DNA of 64,000 nt. It comes from Eledone cirrhosa. Lineage: Eukaryota. The position numbers and the translations under genes were made by a program. Below the pieces are notes generated by a model, which did no database searches, was not told where the DNA came from, and saw only the letters and a program-made list of their open reading frames with translations. Location of the stretch: contig OZ024756.1 in assembly GCA_964016885.1 (NCBI GenBank), positions 7,812,001-7,876,000 of the forward strand, in the 5' to 3' direction. Positions 1 through 15,635 of the stretch are shown here, piece by piece (position 1 is the first letter of the stretch; the number at the start of each line of letters is the position of its first letter).

Positions 1-664
1 GTTAAGACATGTATTGTACATGTTACCACATGGTTATATGTTAGGACATGTATTGTACAAGTTACCACATGGTTATATGTTAAGACATATATTGTACATG
101 TTACCACATGGTTATATGTTAGGACATGTAGTGTACATGTTACCACATGGTTATATGTTAGGACATGTAGTGTACATGTTACCACATGATTATATGTTAA
201 GACATGTATTGTACATGTTACCACATGGTTATATGTTAAGACATGTATTGTACATGTTACCACATGGTTATATGTTAGGACATGTATTGTACAAGTTACC
301 ACATAGTTGTATGTTAAGACATATATTGTACATGTTACCACATGGTTATATGTTAGGACATGTATTGTACAAGTTACCACATGGTTATATGTTAAGACAT
401 ATATTGTACATGTTACCACATGGTTATATGTTAGGACATGTAGTGTACATGTTACAACATGGTTATATGTTAGGACATGTATTGTAGATGTTACCACATG
501 GTTATATGTTAAGACATGTATTGTACATGTTACCACATGGTTATATATTAGGACATGTATTGTACATGTTACCACATCGATATATGTTAGGACATGTATT
601 GTACAAGTTACCACATGGTTATATGTTAAGACATGTATTGTACATGTTACCACATGGTTATATG
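1..664. repeat. 39-bp minisatellite, about 17 copies, runs off window start
   Basis: Unit ATGTTACCACATGGTTATATGTTAGGACATGTATTGTAC; 13-aa periodicity in ORF track. Confidence 0.95.
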
Positions 665-769
665 GTGATTTGTTTAAAAAATGTAGACTTTTGAAATATA
701 GCATTTTTAATACATCCTATATATATAATAAGGCGGCGAATTGGCAGTCGTTAAAATGTCAGATAGAAT

Positions 770-3135
770 GCATGTCAAACTCAGGAACCCCAAGGGCCGC
801 ATGGGTCACATATGTGTTGTCTGAGGGCCGCAAAAGACACCTAATTAAAGTCATTTAATAAAATTGTATTGCAGAAAAATTTGTTACTTAAATTTAGAAA
901 CCTACAATGTGCTTACAAATGTTTTAGCAGCATTCATGAATAGAAAGTAATGAAGTGGTTTGACAAAAAAAAATAAAATTTAAAATGTCAACATATACTT
1001 GCAGCTTGCAACAGCAACAAATACATTGTACACAAATTACAACAGTTCAAAACTGAACATTTATTTGTTACTATTCAACTATTTTTAGTGTTTTGTCCTG
1101 AAGCTTAACACCTCTTTTTGTTGCCAATTTTTGGTATGTCTGGTTGAAATGTCTGTACAGTTCTGACTTTGATCAGAGATGACAAGTGCTGATCTGTCAG
1201 CCTTGTTCTCTGAGAAGTTTTTTGTTAATTTCACGAAGGAAAATATTTGTCCACTCACATAGGTAGCACCAAACATTGCCATAATCTTTGTGACAAACTT
1301 TCTGAAGTTTTTCAACTTTTCAGGAAGGTAGAAAAGAAAGCAGGTATCTCCACTTCAAGATACTTTGCTCTGAGTGTAGAATCTGACTGCATTTCCAATA
1401 GTTCCATCTAAAGGTTTTCTTCTTCCTTGGCAACATCAAGGGTGGGTGGTGCTGAGAATAATGTAAAGTGGTGTTCAAAAGATGAGAAATCACAAAATCT
1501 TTCCTGAAATTCCTTTGACAACAATTCCAGGTGACTGTCATACTTAGCAAGGCTAAGTACAGACCAGTATTGAAAGTGTTTTTCAGCTCTTTGCACGTAG
1601 GAAAATGAACTAAATTTTTATTTGACAACTGTGACTACCATAAGCTTAGTTTTGTAATGAAGATCTCGATCTCAACACACAACTGAGTGATGGGTTTGTT
1701 TTACCGTGTAATTTCAATTTCAAATTAAGATCAGTTAATTGTGCAGTAATATCCACAGCAACAGTCAGATCTTGGAGCCAACTTTCATCTTTTATTTCAT
1801 CTGTTTTGACTTTTCATCTCCAAAAAGATAATTATTTCTTGTCTCAACAAATAGAATCTTTTCAGCACTTTGTGACATGACAACCAACAGACTTCTGTGT
1901 CGAATGGAACATCGGTGAACTGATTATCCAAATCTTCCAACAACTGGCTGAACTGACGGTGGTTGAGAGCACGGCCTCTGGTATAGTTCACTGTCTGTGT
2001 GACCAAGCTAAGCACATGATGCAATTTTAAAATCTTTGAACACAAATTTTGCTGATGAATAATAGAGTGAAAATTTGAAAATGAGGAATCTGGATGCGAG
2101 TTTTCTATTTCTATTTGGCAGCAACACCATTATGTCTGCCAACCATATTCGCAGCACCGTCAGTGAATATGCATGCACGTTTACTCTAAATCAAAACCAT
2201 AGTCATGCAAAACGTGCTCGACCTTCTCAAAGATGTCGTGGCTTGTTGTAGTGTCATGCCTGGAGGACCAGTTCAATCAGTTCTTCATAAATATTAAATT
2301 CACTTCACAGGCCATGATGAAGAATGTAAGCTGTGCTATTCCAGTGATGTCAAAGCTCTCATCAATAGCAATGGAAAAATGTTCAAACCTTGATGATACA
2401 ACCTTCAACTGTTGTTTCAGATCACTTGACATTTCATCAATCCATTCAGCAACATTGTTCCTGGTTAATGAAATGTCTTTGAATGACTGTGCTTTCTCTG
2501 GACATACAATTTCAGCTGTTTTTACAAGGCATTGCTTTACAAAATCTCCTTCACTGTAAGATTTCCCACTCATGGCAATCATTCGACTGAGTTCATAGCT
2601 TGCAGTAACAGAAGTGACATTCTCTTCCTGAATTAACATAAAACCGGTCTGTTGCTGTGTTAAGTTAGCCTTCAATTCCTTGAGTCTTGAAACACATATT
2701 GGACCTTCATATTTATCGTAAGATCGATGGTTCGTTTCATAATGTCTTTTTAAATTGTACTCTTTTGGCGTGGCGATGTAGTGGTTGCAAATTAAACAGT
2801 GTATCTTTCCATTCACTGTTGTGCAAAAATACCGTAATTCACATTTTTCTTGAAACACTTACCCCTTGTTCGTTCAATTTCCCTTTTCTGTTAGCTGGAG
2901 GAACACTAGCAATTTTAAAAGAAAAAACTCTGTTTACAACTGTTAATGAGCTGCGCGTGATTCGTTGGAAGTCAAAAGTAGTTGGCGAAAATCGCACAAA
3001 AAAAACCAATTGTATCAATTTTGTTTTTATATACGAAGATAAAACATGCTCACGTTGTAAAAACCTTTGTGCGGGCCGCAGGCGGGGTTGCAAAGGGCCG
3101 CACGGGGCCCACGGGCTATGTGCTTGACATGACTG
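770..3135 (-). mobile_element. Decayed hAT DNA transposon (Charlie/SPIN, GTF2IRD2-like)
   Basis: TIR remnants GCATGTCAAAC (770-780) and TGCTTGACATGACTG (3121-3135); GC-rich GGGCCGC subterminal repeats; flank GTCTAGAT fits the NTCTAGAN target. Confidence 0.85.
1085..2912 (-). pseudogene. Frameshifted hAT transposase (GTF2IRD2/SPIN-like)
   Basis: Motifs FQEK..YF..CLIC..KEYNLKRHYETNH, FSIAIDES..DITGIAQL, RGRALNHRQF, EV.WLS..KVLKRF and AMFGATY..QIFS spread over several frames. Confidence 0.9.
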
Positions 3136-3286
3136 GTCTAGATAGATGAGAAACAAAACGAGGATATCGTTTATGAAACACCCAAATGATTTAGATTCAA
3201 ATATCACAGAGAGAGAGAGAAAGAGAGAGAGGGCGAGATATGAGGTAAGACAGAAATGAAACATGGACTACAGTTTAAAATATAGT

Positions 3287-5555
3287 CTAGATAGATGAGA
3301 AACAAAACAAGGATGTACTTTTCTCGCCGTTAGACTTAGGAATAATAGAAATCCGCATGTCCGCCTGTCTATTGTAGTCAGTTATAAAGTAGATTTGGAG
3401 AAACGCGGACTTTTCCGTTTCTTGAGGCTTGAGTGATCCAATTATATGGTATATCTGTCCCTGAACTTTAAATGTGGGCATCCACCCTTCTTCTCGGACA
3501 ACGCGTGCCCCGAAAGAGGTTATCTGAAAGGCACAATTGTACTTTCTGATGAGTTCAAGAAAATCTTTTGACCTAGGAGTTGTGGCAGTAAGAAGTTCTT
3601 TCAAAGGCTGCGGTGGGTCCTCTAGGGGGAGTAAAAGTAACCTTGCCATTGGAGCAGAACATTCCAGGTGGTTCTCCAGCCCACTTATTTGCACTACAGA
3701 ACTTGCAAGTTAAACTCATATTCCCAATCTGGATTTCAGGCCGCATTGGGAGGTTAAGTGTTGGATCATAATTAAAAGCTTTTAAAAGCCAATATGAATT
3801 GTTTTGACTTTTTATGCCCCGGGCAGTTTCTTTACGCCGATTGTTCTTTCCTAGTCTAATACTGCGATCGTTGTGTGATTCTTCGGCTCTAGCAGCGGCA
3901 GTAGCCACAGCATTACGGAAATTGTGAAGTGATTTTTGCTGTTCCTTTTCGGTAGTTCTAGCAGCGACAGTAGCCACATTCCGGGAATTACGTATAGAAC
4001 GGTCTAAATCACTAAGATTAGCACGCGACGAAGTATAGTAAGATGTATTGCTGGCTAGCCGCTACTACGCTGGTCGTCGGTTTCAGCACCTCTTCTATTT
4101 GCTGCACGTAAAGCACTTTGTGACAATCGCAATTTAGATTCCTCCTGCGACTCATTCAACCGCCTTCTTTTCTGTTTAGCTGCAGACACCGTTTTACGAC
4201 CAAGTGAGCATCTCTTTTGGGGGGGCATTATATCTGAAAATGTTAAAAGGCGGTGAATTGGCAGTATCGGTAGAGGGTCGGACGCCATGCTTTGCAGCAA
4301 AGAGATACGTCCCTTGCTTTTCTGAGTTCAAATCCCGCCAAGGTTAACTTTACCTTTCATCCTTACAGGGTCGATAAAATAAAGTACCAGTAATACACTG
4401 GGTAATTGCTGGCCTTGTGTCTAACGTAGAAACAATTATATCTGAAAATGTTAAACAAAAACCTTATGAAATTCGAAACTAAATGATAAACACAATTGAA
4501 TGGAAGATGAAATGGCAAGTAAAAAAAAGTAAATGAAGATGCAATTTTCAAACAAAATTGGGGGTAGGTATGACTAATTATCTACCAACTGGTAGTATTT
4601 GGACGGAAAAGCAGAATATTCGGTGGGAAAAATCACTGAACAAACGTATTTGCAAGCTTAAAAGTGAAATTTTATGCCTGACAGAAAGTATTGACAGGTA
4701 TATTTTTAACAACGTAAAAGAAAGAAGAACCTACAGGTAAACGTAGCTTGAAACCGAATAAGCTTTTCGAATTCTAATTTTAAATATCATGATCGAGTGT
4801 TTTTTGCTTCATGACCTTCTGACCAAAACAATAATTGTACCGGCTTTGAATAGATTCCGTTGGAAATCAAACACTAGAAATATTAGACTTTATATGAAAA
4901 GAAAAAGAAAACATTAACACACACTCACCTAATCAGTGTATTCGGCAGAATTGCTACAACACTATGGGTGTTGTCATATTAATATTTAACCAATTAAAGT
5001 CGTAAAAACTAAATAAATTAAACATTCCGATTCATATGTCTATAGCATTAATCTGTTATATGAAGTGTTAATTTGCGGGTTGTTATTTGCAATAAGCCGA
5101 TTTTAAATTCCCCAGAAAAGCTGTATGTCAATACGGAACGCCAATAACTCCCGCAGCAGTTAAATTATAGAGAGGGGGAATAATCTATTATAGAGAGATG
5201 GAAGAGCAACGGAGAGAGTAAAGCTAAGAAACTATAGGGAGGTGTGTAAAACAGTGTTGTCATATAGAGAGTGAAGAGCGACAGAGAGAGTAAAGCAGTT
5301 AAATTATAGAGAGGGCGAATGATCTATTATAGAGAGAGGGAAGAGCGACGGAGAGAGTAAAGTTAAGAAACTATAGAGAGGTGTGTTAAACCTCAAAGCA
5401 TGATCGATTGTTGCCCTTATTGTTGATTGATTTGAAATTGTTTAGCTTCATGACCTTCTCCTGACGTAAAGCAATAATTGTTCTGACTTTGAATAGAATC
5501 CGTTGGAAATTCTGGACGTGCATACGTTACAAACCTTAACACACACATCCTCAGC

Positions 5556-5565
<10 letters not shown>
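3287..5565 (-). mobile_element. Helitron 5' portion with RepHel N-terminal pseudogene (about 3287-4228)
   Basis: CKFCSANKWAGEPPGMFCSNGKV and IRKYNCAFQITSFGA..MPTFKVQGQIYHIIGSL..FLQIYF; charged ET.EQR-like repeats; internal duplications (4790-4925 ~ 5430-5550; 5160-5275 ~ 5298-5390); 5' end merges into (TA)n. Confidence 0.85.
4248..4434 (+). mobile_element. tRNA-derived SINE (short family) with 21-bp TSD, inserted in the Helitron
   Basis: A box TGGCAGTATCGG, B box GAGTTCAAATCC, central CCTTTCATCCTT..GGGTCGATAAAATAAAGTACCAG; TSD ATTATATCTGAAAATGTTAAA at 4227-4247 and 4435-4455. Confidence 0.93.
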
Positions 5566-5586
<21 letters not shown>

Positions 5587-5606
5587 TATATATATATATA
5601 TATATA

Positions 5607-5640
<34 letters not shown>

Positions 5641-5662
5641 TATATATATATATATATAGTAT

Positions 5663-5696
<34 letters not shown>

Positions 5697-5714
5697 TATA
5701 TATATATCTATATA

Positions 5715-5764
<50 letters not shown>

Positions 5765-5936
5765 TATATATATATATATTACTATATATATATATATATA
5801 TAGTATATATATATATATATAGTATATATATATATATATATTATATATATATATATATATATTATATATACATACATATATATATATTATATATACATAT
5901 ATATATATATATTATATATATATATATATATTATAT

Positions 5937-5968
<32 letters not shown>

Positions 5969-5981
5969 ATATATATTATAT

Positions 5982-6044
<63 letters not shown>

Positions 6045-6173
6045 GTATATATATATATATATATATAGTATATATATATATATATATAGTATATATATAT
6101 ATGACTGAGGGCCACACACGACAACTAATTTTTTTTGCGGGCCGCCGGTGCGTCTGTATATATACATATATAC

Positions 6174-6206
<33 letters not shown>

Positions 6207-6219
6207 CATATATATATAC

Positions 6220-6310
<91 letters not shown>

Positions 6311-6361
6311 TATGTATATATATATATGTATATATATACATATATATATACATATATATAC

Positions 6362-6410
<49 letters not shown>

Positions 6411-6461
6411 TATGTATATATGTATATGTATATATATACATATATATATACATATATATAC

Positions 6462-6493
<32 letters not shown>

Positions 6494-6511
6494 ATACATA
6501 TATATATATAC

Positions 6512-6570
<59 letters not shown>

Positions 6571-6587
6571 CATATATATACATATAC

Positions 6588-6635
<48 letters not shown>

Positions 6636-6667
6636 ATACATATATATATATACATATATATATATAC

Positions 6668-6752
<85 letters not shown>

Positions 6753-6869
6753 CATATATATATACATATATATATATACATATACATATATATATATACA
6801 TATATATATATACATATAAATATATACATATAAATATATACATATATATATATATACATATATATATAC

Positions 6870-6900
<31 letters not shown>

Positions 6901-6913
6901 CATATATATATAC

Positions 6914-6962
<49 letters not shown>

Positions 6963-7040
6963 CATATATATATATACATGTATATATATACATATATATA
7001 TATGTATATATATATATACACATATATATATATACAGACA

Positions 7041-7102
<62 letters not shown>

Positions 7103-7150
7103 TATATGTGTGCGTATATATATATACATGTTTGTGTGTGTGTGTGTGTG
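5556..7150. repeat. (TA)n/(TACA) microsatellite tract
   Basis: Direct reading; holds a small hAT-like subterminal scrap at about 6102-6156. Confidence 0.97.
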
Positions 7151-7889
7151 TAATGAACATGAAATATTGAAGAGAAACAAATCAATAGAAATCAATGAAA
7201 ATATAAGAAAGTGGCATTGTAAAAGACTATAAATGAGAGGAATATGGGGGAAAGGATGAGGATTACTACGCAATGAAAGAAGGGAGGGGGAGAGGGTGAC
7301 AAGTCATTAAAACCCAGAGAATATCATGAATGCCACAGCTTCTATTCCTTTCCTTGTATATGGTGGTTTATTCTTCAGATTAACGTAGGCCTGATAAGGA
7401 AAAATAAAACAATCACAGATCTTGAAACGTATTTTCTTTTCACAGCCATAAAATTATTGATTTTCCCAGAATTTAGGGACCAGAAAAAAATTATTATTTG
7501 TTTCTTTATTGGCCACAAGGGCCGGAACAAATAAGACAAGGATTTACGTCTCTGATTCTCAAATAATTTCAAATCAAATCAAAACTTATTAATTGTACTT
7601 TATCACCAAAATGATAATAACGCAAAATTAACCTATGCGGGATTTTAAATCAGGGCGCAGAAAGCCGGAACAATTACCGCAAGGTATGTTGTCAAGATAA
7701 ACAGACACTGGGAAGCCTGATAGTCGGGATATAGAAGAAAGATATACAATATATTGTGAAGGATCGATCAAATTATGTTACATGTTACAACAAATTTACC
7801 AAGAAAATGCTTCTCAATGAAACATTGACCGATTCACAGCATTGTATACTCAACCAGAGATAATAAAGTAATTATCGTCGCTTCATGTA

Positions 7890-8830
<941 letters not shown>

Positions 8831-9062
8831 TGGAATTTCATATATATTTTGCAGATATGCAGATATGCACTTATATAGGTTTTACACTTAAAAACGGAAA
8901 ATGATAATTCTATTGTAGCGCAACATTGAATTAAATTATAGAATTTCCCTCTTTACAATTAAAGCTGCTGAACATTGAAGGTTTTCGGATAAATTCGTTA
9001 TCTAGATGTTCACTTGGTTTAGAAAACAGGGTTCCCATCCGTGGCAGATGCTGTGTAATATT

Positions 9063-9876
9063 ATAACAACAACACATACACACGCATACACACACACAAA
9101 CACACACATAAACACACACACACATACAGACACACATAAACACAATACACACACACATACACACACACACACGCATATAAACACATACACACATATAAAC
9201 ACATACACACACACACACGCATATAAACACATACACACACACACATACACACACACACATACACACACACACATATATAAACACATACACACACACACAC
9301 ATAACCACACACATAACCACACACATACATTCACACACATGCACACACATATAAACACATACACACACACACATACACACATAAACACATACACACACAC
9401 ACATAACCACACACATACATTCACACACATAAACACACACGCACACACACAATGAACCTCATACATACATGCTTGCATATATACACATATACATATATAT
9501 ACACATATACATATATACACATATACATACATACTTGCATATACACACATACATAAAGGAATCAACAAACAAATAAACACACACACACACACACACACAC
9601 TCACATACAGACAATGAAACTCTGACAAATATATACATACATACTTACATATATACATATATATATACATACACAAAGGAATCCACAAGCAAACGCACGC
9701 ACACTAACACACACACAAGCACACACACAAACACATAATAATAACACTAAAATAATAATAACAACAACAGCGACGACAGCAATAGCAGCAATGACAACAA
9801 CTACAATGACAACAATAACAATGACAACAACAACAACAACAACAACAACAATAACAACATCAACAACACAACAACA
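9063..9876. repeat. (CA)n-rich then (ACA)n low-complexity tract
   Basis: Direct reading. Confidence 0.9.
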
Positions 9877-10003
9877 TCCCAATATTACTCAACACTATAT
9901 ACAGGATTACGTTAAAGATATTAGCGACAAATATATTATAAAGACCTTAACTATATTAAATATAGACCTTAACTATATTAAATATAGACCTTAACTATAT
10001 TAA

Positions 10004-12393
10004 ATATATATAGCTGTATTCTAGTACACTAACTATATATATCTGTGTTGTAGTACTCTAACTATATATAGCTGTGTTCTAGTACTCTAAATATATATAT
10101 CTGTGTTCAAGTACACTAACTATATATAGCTGTGTTCAAGTACTCTAACTATATATAGCTGTGTTCTAGTACTCTAACTATATATAGCTGTGTTCTAGTA
10201 CTCTAACTATATATAGCTGTGTTCTAGTACTCTAACTATATATAGCTGTGTTCTAGTACTCTAACTATATATAGCTGTGTTCTAGTACTCTAACTATATA
10301 TAGCTGTGTTCTAGTACTCTAACTATATATAGCTGTGTTCTAGTACTCTAACTATATATAGCTGTGTTCTAGTACTCTAAATATATATATAGCTGTGTTC
10401 TAGTACTCTAAATATATATAGCTGTGTTCTAGTACTCTAAATATATATATCTGTGTTCAAGTACACTAACTATATATAGCTGTGTTCAAGTACTCTAAAT
10501 ATATATAGCTGTGTTCTAGTACTCTAAATATATATAGCTGTGTTCTAGTACTCTAACTATATATAGCTGTGTTCTAGTACTCTAACTATATATAGCTGTG
10601 TTCTAGTACTCTAAATATATATATCTGTGTTCTAGTACTATAACTATATATATCTGTGTTCTAGTACTCTAAATATATATATCTGTGTTCTAGTACTATA
10701 ACTATATATAGCTGTGTTCTAGTACTCTAACTATATATAGCTGTGTTCTAGTACTCTAACTATATATAGCTGTGTTCTAGTACTCTAAATATATATCTGT
10801 GTTCTAGTACTCTAACTATATATAGCTGTGTTCTAGTACTCTAACTATATATAGCTGTGTTCTAGTACTCTAACTATATATAGCTGTGTTAAAGTACTCT
10901 AACTATATATAGCTGTGTTAAAGTACTCTAACTATATATAGCTGTGTTCTAGTACTCTAACTATATATAGCTGTGTTGTAGTACTCTAAATATATATATA
11001 GCTGTGTTGTAGTACTCTAACTGTATATAGCTGTGTTGTAGTACTCTAACTATATATAGCTGTGTTGTAGTACTCTAAATATATATATAGCTGTGTTCTA
11101 GTACTCTAACTATATATAGCTGTGTTCTAGTACTCTAAATATATATAGTTGTGTTCTAGTACACTAACTATATATAGCTGTGTTCTAGTACTCTAAATAT
11201 ATATATAGCTGTGTTCTTGTACTCTAACTATATATAGCTGTGTTGTAGTACTCTAACTATATATAGCTGTGTTGTAGTACTCTAACTATATATAGCTGTG
11301 TTCTAGTACTCTAAATATATATATAGCTGTGTTCTTGTACTCTAACTATATATAGCTGTGTTGTAGTACTCTAACTATATATAGCTGTGTTCTAGTACTC
11401 TAACTATATATAGCTGTGTTCTAGTACTCTAAATATATATATAGCTGTGTTCTTGTACTCTAACTATATATAGCTGTGTTGTAGTACTCTAACTATATAT
11501 AGTTGTGTTCTAGTACTCTAACTATATATAGCTGTGTTGTAGTACTCTAACTATATATAGCTGTGTTCTAGTACTCTAACTATATATAGCTGTGTTCTAG
11601 TACTCTAACTATATATAGCTGTATTCTAGTACTCTAACTATATATAGCTGTGTTCTAGTACTCTAACTATATATAGCTGTATTCTAGTACTCTAACTATA
11701 TATAGCTGTGTTGTAGTACTCTAACTATATATAGCTGTGTTCTAGTACTCTAACTATATATAGCTGTGTTGTAGTACTCTAACTATATATAGCTGTGTTC
11801 TAGTACTCTAAATATATATAGCTGCGTTGTAGTACTCTAACTATATATAGCTGTGTTCTAGTACTCTAAATATATATAGTTGTGTTCTAGTACTCTAAAT
11901 ATATATAGTTGTGTTCTAGTACACTAACTATATATAACTGTGTTCTTGTACTCTAACTATATATAGCTGTGTTGTAGTACTCTAACTATATATAACTGTG
12001 TTCTAGTACTCTAAATATATATATAGCTGTGTTCTTGTACTCTAACTATATATAGCTGTGTTCAAATACTCTAACTATATATAGCTGTGTTCTAGTACTC
12101 TAAATATATATAGCTGTGTTCTAGTACTCTAAATATATATAGCTGTGTTGTAGTACTCTAACTATATATAGCTGTGTTCTAGTACTCTAAATATATATAG
12201 CTGTGTTCTAGTACACTAAATATATATAGCTGTGTTCTAGTACTCTAAATATATATAGCTGTGTTCTAGTACTCTAAATATATATAGCTGTGTTCTAGTA
12301 CACTAAATATATATAGCTGTGTTCTAGTACACTAACTATATATAGCTGTGTTGTAGTACTCTAACTATATATAACTGTGTTGTAGTACTCTAA
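10004..12393. repeat. 29-bp minisatellite, about 80 copies
   Basis: Unit TATATATAGCTGTGTTCTAGTACTCTAAC with variable TA length. Confidence 0.97.
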
Positions 12394-12503
12394 GCTCTAA
12401 TAAACCCAAAGGACCCTAACTAAGCTGCTTTAAAATTCATTAAATTGCTCGTCGTAATTGAACATAATCTATTGTGTAACTGGCAACACCCTTTGTATCT
12501 ATA

Positions 12504-12930
12504 TGGTGGTGTTGTTGTGGTGGTGGTAGTGGTGGTGGTGACGGGGTTTTGCTTGTGTCGTTGTCGTAGTGGTAGTGGTGGGTGGGTCGTGGTTGTGGTG
12601 GTGGTGGTGTCGTGGTTGTTGTGGTGGTGGTGGTGGTGGTGGTGTGGTGGCCGTGGTCGTGGTTGTTGTGGTGGTGGTGGTGGTGGTGGTGTGGTATAAG
12701 GGTGGTGGTGGTGGTGGTGTGGTATAATGGTGGTGGCGGGGTTTTGGTGGTTGTGGTGGTGGTGTCGTGGGTGTTGTGGTGGTGTTGGTGGTGGCGGGGT
12801 TTTGGTTGTGTCATGGTGGTGGTGGGGGTGGTGGAGGTTGTTGTAGTGGTGGTGTCGTGGTTGTTGTGTTGCTAGTGGTGGTGTTGGTGGTAGTGGTGTT
12901 GGTGGTGGTAGTGGTAGTGGTGGTGTGGTC
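12504..12930. repeat. (GGT)n trinucleotide tract
   Basis: Direct reading. Confidence 0.95.
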
Positions 12931-13251
12931 ATCATCATCCCCCTTTACCACCTTCATCATGGTCGTCTTCATCATTATCATGTTATTTATTATGACCATT
13001 ACGATTATTATCATCCTCATTATATAATAAATTACCAGTAATTCACTGGGGTCGCTGTAACGTCTCCCCCGATTTGTCTGTATACCGTTCGTCATTGGCT
13101 AAGCCTAGGTTATGCGACAAAATACATTCAATGTGCAGCGTAGTGGGATTGGGTTGAGGTTGCCGCAGTGATGTTCAATCACACAAATACTAACACACAA
13201 ATACTAACACACAAATACTAACACACAAACACAGTTTGTGTGTTGTTATTT

Positions 13252-13436
13252 GGCGGTGGATTGGCGGTATCGGTAGAGCGTCAGACTACATGCTTTGCAG
13301 CATAGAGTTATGGCCGTTTACGTTGTGAGTTCAAATCCCGCCGAGGTTAACTTTGCCCTTCATCCTTACGTGGTCGATAAAATAAAGTACCAGTAATGCA
13401 CTGGGATAATTGCTGGCCTGGTACCAAATGTAGAAT
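13252..13436 (+). mobile_element. tRNA-derived SINE (short family)
   Basis: Same head, B box and central domain as 4248-4434. Confidence 0.9.
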
Positions 13437-13719
13437 TAATACACAAACACAGTTTAACACAGACATACATACATAAGTCACATCTGTTCTCACAAATACA
13501 CACGCTCCTCAGATTTTTACTGACGCAAAGAAGCACTTTTATTTCCATGAACAATTATAAGTTTCTCTTATCAGCCTTAACCCCGGTGGAATATAGGAAG
13601 AAAAAACTTGCATATAACCGAACGCTTCCTTTATGTGCCGGTCGTCGTTGAAACCTGCGATGTTACATGTCGCTAGAATGATGTTGTCCTCCGCAAAGGA
13701 AGACATAGCACCTGAAGTA

Positions 13720-13905
13720 GGATCCCATTTTCAAATGAAATCTCTAATCGAGCGAGTGTCACTCCACCACTGGGTCCCGGCGGGCAGGATGGAGAAGGCA
13801 TTGCTCCGGGTAACGGCGAAAGAGATGCGCTGGAACGGCCACTTCAATTCGCAGGGGTCGCACCAGCTGGCGGCCAGCTCCGCCAGAGAGCAGAAATTCA
13901 TTAAA
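13720..13905 (-). mobile_element. 3' fragment of an RLE-type (CRE-like) non-LTR retrotransposon
   Basis: Minus strand reads ..CDPCELKWPFQRISFAVTRSNAFSIL, resembling the GDPRE..L.QRLS.AV.RGNA..IL C-terminus of CRE-clade elements. Confidence 0.6.
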
Positions 13906-14681
13906 TAGTGACCATTCTTAGCAAGGTGAACTAAAAACCTGTAATTTCATATCATTGATGGAAGACATTAAGTAGATTCAAATATATTATTTTTAATTTC
14001 AAGAGATTGATGTCTTTCGCAAGTCTACTTGAAACCCACATGTAAACCAATTAAGACGACATTAATTCCCAGCTAATCTTAGAATTCTCCGCAATTAAAG
14101 CAACACACTCGATGTGGTTTCAAACAAATTTATACAAGCTGGGTATCATTTCATCTCTAGATCAAGACACTTCATCAAACATTAGGCAAGTAACCTTCAT
14201 AATTTATAGGCAAAAATCTTTGCGATTCCAAAGACTAATTTATGGCAATATTACCAATTTTTCTCCAGTCTCCTTCATTTAACTATCATTAGACGTCATA
14301 TAGTTTGTTTAAGTGCATTCATATATTTTTTTATGTCAAGTAATATTAGTAATGTCTGAGACTGAAGTAGAAATTTTACGTGTGAGATGTCAGCTCTCTC
14401 AATCAACCAATCTAATCAATATATCAATCATTTTCTCTGATTTATTCTTCGATATTTTATTCTTTCATTTTCTTCTTGATTAGAGATTTCATTTTAGTTT
14501 AGAAATTATCAATGAAGCTACTCTTTAAATGGTCTGGTAGATGAGAAAGTAAAATTACTCCGAATCTCAAATATATCAGAATATAAAAAAGAAGCTAATA
14601 TATGTTATTTAATTCGTTATTTAATCATTGCGAGTTAGGGGAAATTTTCTTTTTAACAATATTAACAGGAAGAAACGTAAC

Positions 14682-14724
14682 ATTACTGATGATGTCACAA
14701 GTGTGTGACGAAAGAACTCTATTT
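14682..14724 (+). ncRNA. Degenerate type-I hammerhead ribozyme (family B element, about 14650-14905)
   Basis: CTGATGA-T-GTCACA(AGTG)TGTGAC-GAAA-GAAC-TC; stems I and III eroded; downstream GGCAATATTATAACAATATGACCCTCC shared with the 23.5 and 33 kb copies. Confidence 0.6.
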
Positions 14725-15187
14725 ATATCTATATTTTTAATTGTTGGTCAATCAATGAGAAACATTGATTGCCAGTCCAGTGGAATTAATTATAGAAATA
14801 TAAAAATTTACTGAAGCGAAAACCAACCCAAATCAAACAGTGAGTGTGTTTTATTATATATTTCTGGCAATATTATAACAATATGACCCTCCACAAATAT
14901 AACAAACAATATTAACTTATTTAAGTAAATACATCGAAAGTTTAACTATTTGATATATGAAGTAACGAGACAAGTGTACAGAAATAAAACCTGACACAGT
15001 TGTGTACTTTCTGGCATTTGAAAGCATTCGACATTAAGCTGTATATACATGAAGATGGCGAATATATATTACTTCTATAAATCGTAAGATATAGATAATG
15101 GAAGACTTGGCTTCTACATATTTTTGGCTGCTTTTACATATTTTTCTCTTTGATTCGACAAAGTTACAATATATAGTTGTCCTCTAA

Positions 15188-15402
15188 GGTGGTGGACTGG
15201 TAGTGTCGGTAGAGCGCCGGACAACATGCTTTGCAACATATAGTTACGGCCCTTTACATTCTGCGTTCAAATCCCACCGGGGTTAGCTTTGCTTTCACCT
15301 TAACGGGGTCGATAAAATATAGTACCAGTAATGTACTGGGGTTGATTTAATCGACTTTCCCCTCCCCCAAAAGTGTTGGCCTTGTGCCTAAATCAGTAAC
15401 CA
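15188..15402 (+). mobile_element. tRNA-derived SINE, older subfamily
   Basis: A/B boxes and central domain; degraded TSD CAATATAT...TGTCCT. Confidence 0.85.
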
Positions 15403-15457
15403 ATATATCCGTGTCCTTGAATGCATTTAACAGGTGAATAGTGTTGCAAGGTTACAG

Positions 15458-15635
15458 AAGGCCATTAGAAGCCCATCAGATGCTCAGCAGAAGCTCAGCA
15501 GAATCTCACCAAAAGCCCATCAGAAACTCATCAGTAGCTCATCAGTAGCCCATCAGAAGCCCATCAGTAACTCACCAGAAGCCCATTAGAACCTCATCAG
15601 GAGACTATCAGAAGCACATCAGATGTTCATCAGAC
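15458..15635. repeat. About 11-bp tandem repeat (GAAGCCCATCA)n
   Basis: Direct reading. Confidence 0.8.

Noticed and set aside
14-858. Repetitive 157 and 183 aa ORFs
   Set aside because: Artefact of the 39-bp minisatellite
4248-4345. tRNA gene (and other A/B-box hits)
   Set aside because: SINE heads followed by SINE body and TSD; no cloverleaf
10004-12393. CRISPR-like 29-bp repeats (likewise the 39- and 45-bp arrays)
   Set aside because: Head-to-tail with no unique spacers, no cas genes, eukaryotic context
12420-13095. Pro/His/Thr-rich ORFs
   Set aside because: (GGT)n low-complexity translations without splice or domain evidence
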